DNA of 64,000 nt from Eledone cirrhosa (taxonomy: Eukaryota), in assembly GCA_964016885.1 (NCBI GenBank), contig OZ024762.1, forward strand, positions 17,484,001 through 17,548,000. Direction: 5' to 3'. A program made the translations under genes and the position numbers. The notes below the pieces were generated by a model. The model had not been told where the DNA came from. It saw only the letters and a list, made by a program, of their open reading frames with translations, and ran no database searches. Shown in pieces: positions 1 through 8,545 of the stretch (the first letter of the stretch is position 1; each line of letters opens with the position of its first letter).

Positions 1-129
1 CTGAGGTTGACTGCCAGATATATATATATATATATTGTTATACTTTGCTAGAATCCCGGAGAACAACAGAAAGATGCTGAGTTCAGAGTATAAAAAACAA
101 TAGAAAGAAGGGCATAAATAAATATATAT

Positions 130-462
130 CAGTGGTTTAAAACCTTCTCTGCACCATGTCCCACCACGACATTTAAAATATGTTTATGTCCCCCCTTTAA
201 TATAAAAACAATCCGAGTCTTGTAAAAGTGTTATTACTGTAATATAAAGTAGAAACTGTTTATTTAAACAAAGCTGCGATGCAGCGATCATCAAAGCAAA
301 CCCCGAAATGTCAACAAACTTCTCGCAGGTGCTGCCAGATACACGATAACGTGTATACGAAGTGTAACAGGGAGTTGGGTCGTATTATATCACTTTCAAA
401 TTGACCCCTATTATATTCAAATTATCCCCTGTGGGGCGTGCACCCCACGTTGAGAATCCCTC
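130..462 (-). mobile_element. hAT/Charlie-like MITE relic overlapping the left IR arm (every unit)
   Basis: CAGTGGTTTAAAACCTT at 130 resembles the Charlie TIR CAGTGGTTCCCAACCT; the other end mirrors GAGGGATTCTCAACGTGGGG. Confidence 0.45.
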
Positions 463-957
463 ATAAATAAATATATGTGAGTGTGTTGCTATGACTGCTA
501 TTTCTAGCAGGTTTATTGCAGTCCTGTAGACGCACACCAAAAACCGGAAGTGGCAGCCATTAAAAAACTTTGGCTTAAAATCAGGCAAAAGTTTTTTAAC
601 AATTTGCCAAGAAAGATAACTCTTGTCTTACTTAATCGCAAAAATCGAGGCAAATATTTTGCGGGTGTGCAGTTTGTTTGGTGTATTTGACTGCTTTTTC
701 TAACATATATGGAAACTTTAGAAATAGCAGCGAAACACGGAAAACATAAGAAAGAAGGACACACACGTATATATATATATATTTAATTATGTATCTGTAT
801 ATATATATATATACATATATATATGCACAGATATATATACATTTAAATATTTATATATATATACACGCGCGCACACACACCTATACGTAGATATGGGTGT
901 GTGTATAGCTGGTATATATATATATATATATATATATGTATGGGTGAGTGTATAGCT

Positions 958-1000
<43 letters not shown>

Positions 1001-1543
1001 GTATATATATATAGGTGTGTGTCCTTCTTTCTGCTGTCTTCCGTTTTTCGCTGCTATTTCTAAAGTGTCCATACATGCTAGAATTAGCAGTCAAATACAC
1101 CAAACAAACTGCACACCCGCAAAATTTTTGCCTCGATTTTTGCGATTAAGTAAGACAAGAGTTATCTTTCTTGGCAAATTGTTAAAAAACTTTTGCCTGA
1201 TTTTAAGCCAAAGTTTTTTAATGGCTGCCACTTCCGGTTTCTGTTGTGCGTCTACAGGACTGCAGTAAACCTGCTAGAAATAGCAGTCATAGCAACACAC
1301 TCACATATATTTATTTATGAGGGATTCTCAACGTGGGGTGCACGCCCCACAGGGGATAATTTGAATATAATAGGGGTCAACTTGAAAGTGATATAATACG
1401 ACCAAGCTTCCAGATACACTTCGTATACACATGTTATCGTGTATCTGGCAGCACCTACGAGAAGTTTGTTTTGATCATCGCTGCATCGCATCTTTGTTTA
1501 AATAAGGGGTTTCTACTTTATATTACAGTAATAAATGTTTTAC
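222..1543. repeat. Long inverted repeat: arms ~222-766 and ~1015-1543, (TA)n-rich spacer
   Basis: Arms are reverse complements; near-identical ORFs appear on opposite strands (385..588- and 1193..1396+). Confidence 0.95.
767..1013. repeat. (TA)n/(CA)n compound microsatellite spacer with two ATGGGTG[T/A]GTGTATAGCTGG direct repeats (in every unit, variable length)
   Basis: Direct inspection. Confidence 0.9.
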
Positions 1544-1668
1544 TTCGTCTACACATGTTATCGTGTATCCGGCAGCACCTATGGGCTGTTTGTTTACCGT
1601 TTGGTGTTTAATTTGATTATCGCTTCATAGCAGGTTTGTTTAATTAAAGGTTGCGAGGGGGATCACTG
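1319..1668 (+). mobile_element. hAT/Charlie-like MITE relic overlapping the right IR arm, with an internal ~120-bp direct repeat (1418.. and 1542..) (every unit)
   Basis: 5' (G)AGGGATTCTCAACGTGGGGTGCACG; 3' AAAGGTTG...GGGGATCACTG; ACTTCGT[A/C]TACACATGTTATCGTGTATC[T/C]GGCAGCACCTA occurs twice. Confidence 0.5.
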
Positions 1669-1845
1669 ATATAAATATATATATATAGAGAGAGAGAGAG
1701 AACGCAAAGACACACACATATATATACATACACGCAGACATACACCTGTGTGTATGTGTATGTGCGTGTCTTTGGCTGCTCTCTCTATATATATATATAT
1801 CTCTCTCTCTCTCTTTCTCTCTGTGTATATATATATAGACACACA
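1669..1845. repeat. (TA)n-(GA)n...(CT)n-(TA)n compound microsatellite (every unit)
   Basis: Direct inspection. Confidence 0.85.
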
Positions 1846-1934
1846 CTGTTGTTTCCCTATTTTTAGTGCCGTTTCTAAAGTGTCTATTAATATATGCTAG
1901 AAATAGCAGTCAAGGGAACATTTACGTATATATA

Positions 1935-2340
1935 TGTAAGGGCAGTGACACCTGCTGCAACAACCATCCAACCTCGTGGGACTCCATCCTCAGACGGGCC
2001 ACAGACACTCCGATGTTGCGGAGGAGCTCGGCTGTAATGGGTCCAAGTTGACCTGGGGTCTCGACGGCGGCTGGTGCGTATAGAAGAGGCTCCAGGACAA
2101 ACACCGGAATTTGTTTGTTTTATGTTCATCTGCGAGACGGGCAGCGATGCTGGGGTTTGTGGATCTACCTCCTTCGAATGGGAAGAGGGTGATTCCCTCG
2201 GGGTGCTTGCCATCTCCGCGGCCTAGGCCTGCTGGCTCCTGTTGAGATGGAAAGTCAGCTGCGTCTAGGCTTCTTCTCATTATGTCGTTGAGAGCATTTA
2301 TGTGGCTCACACACGCGGAGGCCAAGGCGTTGGGCTACTC
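1935..2340 (-). mobile_element. CRE-clade non-LTR retrotransposon fragment 1 (decayed restriction-like endonuclease region)
   Basis: ALNDIMRRSL..EPAGLGRGDGKHPEGITLFPF and APAAVETPGQLGP..LLRNIG..WLLQQVSL resemble the CRE C-terminus (NDIIRRAL/GDGKRPDG/FVPxAVET/QRISL). Confidence 0.8.
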
Positions 2341-3255
2341 CGATGCGAGTTCACTCATCATCAAGAATTTATTTGAATTGAAAGGTCACTAAACTAATAT
2401 AGGAGTGTGATTTAAAAATAAGGTAAACAGAAATAGTTACACCGGTAACATAATTACTGTTACACCGGTAGTTCACTAACAAATCATTTCACGTTCGTCT
2501 CTAACAGGTAATATTTTAATTTGCTCTCCATGTTTGGGAGTAACTGTAGTTTGGCTTGCTAGGGGTCATACATCTTCATACACATACACACATACATATA
2601 TACATATGCATATATATAATTATATGTAAATTCAGCTCCGTATTTAGGACAAATGAGGCCTGTTCTAGTTATGAGGCCCCTTTCTTGGGCTCAGTAGGAT
2701 GTAGGCTTGTTAAAATAATTCTTTCGGTAGGAAGATGGGCCCTTCTGTGTAGATTCCTTCCTTAATATTTCAGATAGGAGGGACCGTTTCTGTTGTCTTC
2801 CTTTAGTTGTTCATTCCTTATTTTCAGTAATGTCCTTTCCGACCATAATTATGTCGGCGACGTAAGCATAAGTCTAATTTATTCTTTAATGAAGGGTAGA
2901 TCCTTCGATAGTGGAGGCCCGTGGTCTTACGATCATATGTGTATTCGATTCCTGGACTGTGTTGTTAGTTGTTTTACTTGAGCAAAAACTTCATTTCACA
3001 TAGGTGGGGGGTTAACCCTGCGATCGACGGACATCATGTCCAGGGGGAAGTCATGTACTCTCAGTCTCTTTACGCTACAGGAACTGGGACAGGCACCTGC
3101 TTGAGCTGACTTTACACTTTGGAAATCCTTAGATATTCTTCTTGGTGATATATTTGTTAGCTTTGACTTTAATTCATATGTTGACACCACTAATAATTCA
3201 TAGATAGAAAAACGTTTGTGGCTTTAGTACACCTTTAAGCTTTAATTTCAATTAC

Positions 3256-3345
3256 TGACTATGTCTAACGAAGTAATAACTGGAGCGACTAAACCAGGGT
3301 TTCCTAACCTGGTGATATCAACCACCGGTGGCTGATTTCAACTTG
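3256..3345 (+). repeat. ~90-bp dispersed repeat, inverted partner of 7590-7685 (every unit)
   Basis: TATGTCTAACGAAGTAATAACTGGAGCGACTAAACCAGGGTTTCCTAACCTGGTGATATC versus rc(7590-7685) TATGTCTAACGTAGCAATAACTGGAGCTACTTAACCAAGTTTTCCCAACCTAGTCGATATC. Confidence 0.85.
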
Positions 3346-3452
3346 GTCTCTTCGGCCACAAACCCAGGTACCGCGGCCCACGAAGGAAAGGAAGATAAAC
3401 AAATATCAGGATTGTCCGGCTTCTTCCACTTGGCACCTGTAGCCACCATCAC
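3337..3452 (+). mobile_element. CRE-clade fragment 3 (short, + strand; every unit)
   Basis: SATNPGTAAHE/ERKINKY/GLSGFFHLAPVA is paralogous to STNPSIAARLADEHKINKFRCL..APAAVET of fragment 1. Confidence 0.65.
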
Positions 3453-3516
3453 GTATAAGTATAAATATATATATATATATATATACATATCTATCTATCT
3501 ATCTATATATATATAT

Positions 3517-4020
3517 ATCATCATTTTCATTTTACATCTGCTTTTCCCTGTTTGAAAGGGTGGGACATATATATATATATATATATATCATCCTCATTAT
3601 ACATCCACTTTTCCCTGCTTATAAGGGTGGGACAGATCCTCTTCAGCGCAGCATCTCTCCTTCACCATCTCCTCTGAGCTTCAACGATCTGAGGTCAGCT
3701 CTCACTACCTCTGCCCATATCTTCCTTGGTCTTCCTCTACTGCATATTCCTCCCACTGGGATTACTTGGCACTTCTTCACCCTGCGGTAATCCTGCATAC
3801 GCATCGCATGGCCATACCAACGCAGTCTTTTCTCCCGCACACTGCAGTTTATCCTTCTTATAGAGTTTCACTCTCAACTCGTCCATACTTGGTCTTTCAC
3901 GCACATTGACATTGCACATCCAATGGAGCATGCTTGCTTCATTTCTCTTCAGCCTTCGCATATCCTCTGCAGTTGCTGCCCATGTCTCACTACCATGCAA
4001 CATTGTGCATCTCACACAGG
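3517..4020 (-). mobile_element. RTE-clade LINE 3' fragment (truncated by deletion)
   Basis: MLHGSETWA..LKRNEASMLHWMC and RLRWYGHAMRM..RGRPRKIW motifs; GAT-repeat-type tail. Confidence 0.9.
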
Positions 4021-6395
4021 GTTAAATACTTGCTCAGAGAGGAACAGACCCACTTTATCATGTATTTGACCATGGTTCTTGTTGATTGTCATGGCATATG
4101 ACAGTCTTAATGGAAACTGGGGTCTTTCCAAAGTAAAAGGGATGTTGGCACCACTGGGAGCTAACTTCAGTCTTGGGATCAAAACACACCTGCCCATCAA
4201 AGGACCATAGATATGAGAAGCTTCGATAAAATGTTTATGCAGTTCCACTACTTCTAATCTTGTGCCATTACATAATCTGCTCTGGATTGAAATATTCCAT
4301 AGAAGCATTATTATTGATCCTGCTTTTAATTGGAGTTTGTGAGGCGGCATCCCAGAAGGTGTAAGCAAGTTCAGAAGTTCATTTAGCTTGAACCAGGCAG
4401 CAAGGGTAGTGTCTCGGTGTCCCTGTATTTCTACTGCAACCTGAGCATTGCCTCTTTGAAAGTAAACTCTGTTTGTTCTCCAGGTGTGTGTCTAGTTTGT
4501 ATACTGTATGTGATGTACCATGAAGCTTAAATTCCGAGAGACACGACACTGCTTCTGGCTGAGACACATACCTGCAACAAAGATAGGTTCTTATTTCATC
4601 ATGGTTGTGTTGGTTCTGAGCCTTATTAGGTAATGCATTATTCGTTACTTCTATAGTTGTACAATCATGCCCCATGTAACATATTTAAAGAGGTACTTGA
4701 CACTTTTTACAGAAGGGCAAGCTTCAACATTAATATGTGCACAATATTTCTTAAGCAAAAAGGCATTAAATGGCACAACCTTCCTGTTATCTACTGAATG
4801 TCATCCAATTTACACTGCAGTTCCTGTACTCTGGGTATCCATTTAGGTTCAATAATGTTTCCCTTCTGTAGGTTTATGGATAGTTCTTTTGGAAAAATCC
4901 ATTTTGTATAAATGGGGAAAAAGGGTTTCCAGAACCACATGGCCCGTGGATCATAAACTTTTAAACCTGCTCATGTAGTACTGGATCATCTTCCAATGCA
5001 GGTATTTCTGCTGACACGATTCTGTCAATGTCTTCTCTGTTTCTTATCTTGCCTTCATTTCTTAAGGCTCAGTGTTATCATCTGTTTAGATAATTCATTA
5101 AACCATTATACTCATCCACTCACAATTGGGCTTGATTGTTCCTCAAATATTGAAGCCTGCATCCCTCTACTTTCATATAGGCATCCACTAAATACTGCTA
5201 AAATAATTTACCTGCCCTATATATCGCACTAAATCCTCCTCTATATGCTATACAGTATATGTAATACTCCTGCATTGTCAGTCTATTGCAAACACAGGTC
5301 CTGCATTCCTCTCCATGTCACTATGCCACCAAAATTCACCATTATGGGTCGGTCATGAATTATGTGGTATTTTCTGAGGAGGATGGTCTTTAGGAAAGAT
5401 GATAATATCTCTTTGTACAGGTGGTGTGCCTTCAATCCCCCACAAAACAACAGCTATCATTACTAGTTGGTAAATTATCGCAGCTCATATCTGATCCTCT
5501 TTTAAATCTTAATTCACAGTTCTGTACACAACAATTTCCTCTTCTTGCACTTTGCTGTTTGATGCCATGCATTGTATTGTACACTTCGACATATGGATTA
5601 CATTCATGCAACACCTCTCTTATCATAGTCATTTTTTGTGGTGAGCAGTCATTATTTGTTGGCACTAGGGCAGTGGATTGGCAGTATCGGTAGAGCGTCA
5701 GACACCATGCTTTGCAGCATAGGGTTATGGCCCATTACGTTCTGGGTCCAAATCCCTCCAAGGTTGACTTTGTTTTCATCCTTATGAGGTCGATAAATAA
5801 AGTACCAGTAATACACTGGAGTAATTGCTGACCTTGTGCCAGAAACAATTATTTGGTGGTACTTCCAATCTGTGCTACACAGCTTCATTCCCATCAATAA
5901 TATATAACTGGCCATATTGTGGTGTATTTTCTGCAGGTTACAGAGGTGGGGGTGTAGTGATATGTTTGACCCTGAATATGAAAGCTATACGGGCCTCTGC
6001 CGGGTGGTAAGGCAAGTTTAACACGAAATGAAGTGAAATAAATGTAGTTTTAATTGCAGATGTTTCTGTGAAATCAACTGCTTCCTGGCCTCTTTCAAAG
6101 AGATTTCTCAGTCTCTCAGGGTATATTTGTAATGGAGGCATCACAACCTTTCCTTTATTACAACAGTTACAATTTTCATTTCTAAATTTCAAAGCTCCAC
6201 AGTGATCACACGAAACATTCATATCACTAATATGAAATTCTTCTACATTTCCATTAATATTAATTGTTGGCCAATTTCTCTTACGACGCTCATTATCCAT
6301 TCTTCTCTGTCTGAATGTTTTCCATTCTGTTGTTTATTATGTAATTAAATAGCTCTGTACAATACAGAGAGCGCTCTTCTTTTCTTTACCTTTTC
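4017..6395 (-). mobile_element. Helitron RepHel pseudogene (Zn-finger N-terminus, Rep remnants, PIF1-like helicase C-terminus; internally deleted)
   Basis: CDHCGALKF..CCNKGKV..PPL; MIHGPCG; AHINVEAC.SVKSVKYLFKY; DEIRTYLCCRYVS.PEA; PSGMPPHKLQLK..LCNGTRL..QFPLRLSYAMTINKNHGQ; many stops and frameshifts. Confidence 0.93.
5667..5847 (+). mobile_element. tRNA-derived SINE inserted in the Helitron, 16-bp TSD
   Basis: A-box-like TGGCAGTATCGG, B-box-like GGTCCAAATCC, GTCGATAAATAAAGTACCAG core; flanks ATTATTTGTTGGCACT (5651-5666) and ATTATTTGGTGGTACT (5848-5863). Confidence 0.85.
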
Positions 6396-6599
6396 TATGG
6401 AAATACAAGAACAAATATATATATATATATGTATATAAATAAACAAGACTGTTATTTCTCCAACCTGTCTATTTACCTTCGATAACTAAATATAAATACA
6501 CCTATACCATACATACATATACAATATTTGTTTTTGATGCCGTGGTATAGCAGAGATAAGCAAGAAGAGAAAAGAAAATGAAAAGGAGAAAAAAAAAGA

Positions 6600-6905
6600 A
6601 CTAAGAAGTCGGGGGAGGGACAGACACTTCACCCCAGTCTAAGTGGTCCCTCAGCCGCAACTCGTGGAAGAAATGTAAAAGCGTTACCTCGGAGCAAGGC
6701 CAGAGACACCTGCTACAATAGTCGCCCTTCCTCACGAGGCTCCTGCCGTCTTTCCTCCCGACTTTATGGAGGAAATCAGCAGTACGGGGACCAAGTATGG
6801 CAGAGGTCTCAATGGAGTGGAAGAAGTGAGTCAGGCCTCGGTACTATCTTACTCTCCTCTGCATTGCGGGGTGTGGAGCCTAGGTTTGTGGCTGTAGCTA
6901 TATTT
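6600..6905 (-). mobile_element. CRE-clade fragment 2 (3' end of ORF plus short 3' region)
   Basis: Manual minus-strand translation: ATNLGSTPRNAEESK / YRGLTHFFHSIETSAILGPRTADFLHKVGRK / QVSLALLRGNAFTFL (CRE terminal QRGNA-like motif). Confidence 0.78.
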
Positions 6906-6919
6906 GAACTTTTATATGA

Positions 6920-7015
6920 AATTTCAGTTTTATATTTTTCACATCTTAAAACTTAATCTTAGTCTTTTGCAGCTCATCTTGTTTCATCTCGCAGCACACG
7001 ATTTGGGAACCACTG
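6920..7015. mobile_element. hAT-Charlie terminal fragment (every unit)
   Basis: TTTGGGAACCACTG (reverse complement CAGTGGTTCCCAAA) is immediately followed by CTCTAGAG, matching the NTCTAGAN Charlie target preference. Confidence 0.7.
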
Positions 7016-7589
7016 CTCTAGAGATAGAAAAAGTATATTTTATGCAGGGTTTCCCTGAGACATAAAAACTATTTCAAGAGATCGACATGGGTAGAAAGGT
7101 TGAGAAATGCTGCACAATGTTCTTTGGGTTTTGTTCACCTTTAAATAATCATGTATAAAATATCGGGTGTGCAAGATTTCATGAAAAGGTATAACATTAT
7201 TTATGCTGATCTTGCAGGGACTAGCTCCAATTGAGAGTTGTACCAATTCCCACTAAACTCGAAACTCCTGGACAATATATACATATCTTTATAAGTTCCT
7301 GTGTATTGTGTCGCTGTATAATGAAACATAAATATATACCATGCATGTCAGTCAGATTTGAACTCACTATATTTGGCGTTTTATAGATATAATTTGTTTG
7401 TGAAAAGAATTGATTAAATAATAACTAAATAAAATTAATTCTACAATCCTGGATAGGGAATGAACTTATAACTTCATAATAGAAACCATCTATTCGAGCA
7501 GTATTGCCACCAGGTTACTTACAGAACTTCATTCAAATATAAAGTATAAAATATATGTCAGACAGTGAGTTCGAATCTAACTGATTAGT

Positions 7590-7685
7590 TGCCAACAGTT
7601 TAAATCGCCAACCGGTAGGTGATATCGACTAGGTTGGGAAAACTTGGTTAAGTAGCTCCAGTTATTGCTACGTTAGACATATTCA
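7590..7685 (-). repeat. ~90-bp dispersed repeat, inverted partner of 3256-3345 (every unit)
   Basis: See the alignment given for the partner copy. Confidence 0.85.
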
Positions 7686-7689
7686 AGAC

Positions 7690-7797
7690 TTATCGAGACC
7701 GAATGGAAGAAAGGTAAAGTTGAAATCAGAGTAAAGAACTGGAAAAATACTGCAAAGAATTCTATCGGATGTTCTAACAATTCTACCAAATTACCTT
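7690..7797 (-). mobile_element. Old degenerate SINE related to 5667-5847 (every unit)
   Basis: Reverse complement reads TTGGTAGAATTGTTAGAAC..CTTTGCAGTAT..ACTTTACCTTTCTTCCATTCGGTCTCGATAA, collinear with the SINE head and core. Confidence 0.6.
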
Positions 7798-7847
7798 ATG
7801 TATATATATTTATATCTGGAGATAAGAAGAAAACTGAAAGAAAGAAG

Positions 7848-7945
7848 AAAAAAAAAAAAAATGAAACTTTATATGTAACCCAGGATTGAAACCGAAACCA
7901 GGACCTCCACCATCTCTGGTATCACCCACCAGACCACCATGAAAG
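7848..7945 (-). pseudogene. Degenerate tRNA-like/Pol III unit (tRNA pseudogene or SINE head; every unit)
   Basis: Minus strand TGGTGGTCTGGTGG (A box), GGTTTCAATCC (degenerate B box) ~33 nt later, then a T run. Confidence 0.4.
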
Positions 7946-8545
7946 ATACAAAAATCTGCTTTTTTAATATTTATAAGCCTACTTTCAATATTAAAGTAAT
8001 TAACATGTGGTGTTGTTCATGCCTTTCTCTATGTTATTGGTAAAAAATAAAGTATTTAAACCTCAAATTTTGTTATTCAAATATGCTTGCTTATGTAATT
8101 ATTAATGTCGCAGAATACACACGCATATATAGATGTGAAAATATTCAGGACCCCAACGGCTGTGCTATTGCCGTTTCGACATCTATATATATATCTTTTA
8201 GTCCTAGGCTCTTTCAGCGCAGAAAGAATTCTCCAATGATCACAACCAGCTAATGGTGCCCAGTGGAAGCACTTTAGTCTAATTATAACCCCAACGATCA
8301 CGACTAGCGGCGGCTTTTTCGAGTCTGAGGTTGACTGCCAGATATATATATATATATATTGTTATACTTTGCTAGAATCCCGGAGAACAACAGAAAGATG
8401 CTGAGTTCAGAGTATAAAAAACAATAGAAAGAAGGGCATAAATAAATATATATCAGTGGTTTAAAATCTTCTCTGCACCATGTCCAACCACGACATTTTA
8501 AATATGTTTATGTCCACCCTTTAATATAAAAACAATCCGAGTCTT

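Larger units (their letters stand above)
1..8324. repeat. Unit 1, short type A (8,324 bp)
   Basis: Anchor spacing; retains the 16-bp segment at 7597-7612; Helitron VVMPP/HPAEA variant. Confidence 0.95.

Noticed and set aside
843-1268. ORFs rich in YI, RE or SL dipeptide repeats (and equivalents in all units)
   Set aside because: They are translations of (TA)n/(GA)n microsatellites, and the frame changes between units with repeat length
2398-2475. Mariner-like TIR (TAGGAGTGTGATTTAAAAATAAGGT) and a GTTACACCGGTA doublet
   Set aside because: No partner TIR or transposase remnant; too short to support a call
3737-4368. A functional helicase-RT fusion or coupled ORFs (overlapping stop/start at 4012-4015)
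   Set aside because: It is a by-product of the deletion junction; both parts lack their catalytic cores and contain frameshifts
130-7023. A single giant hAT element between the TIR-like ends at 130 and 7015
   Set aside because: The flanking 8-mers ATATATAT and CTCTAGAG do not form a TSD
8234-8334. C/D-box snoRNA-like ATGATCA...CTGA with a short terminal stem
   Set aside because: The C box is non-canonical and further mutated in L units (ATGATTA); no rRNA guide or host gene was identified
8300-8340. Minus-strand CTAG|TC as a Helitron head-to-tail rolling-circle junction
   Set aside because: Only a 4-bp upstream stem; the same hexamer also occurs at ~7219 and ~7627, as expected by chance; not linked to recognisable Helitron ends
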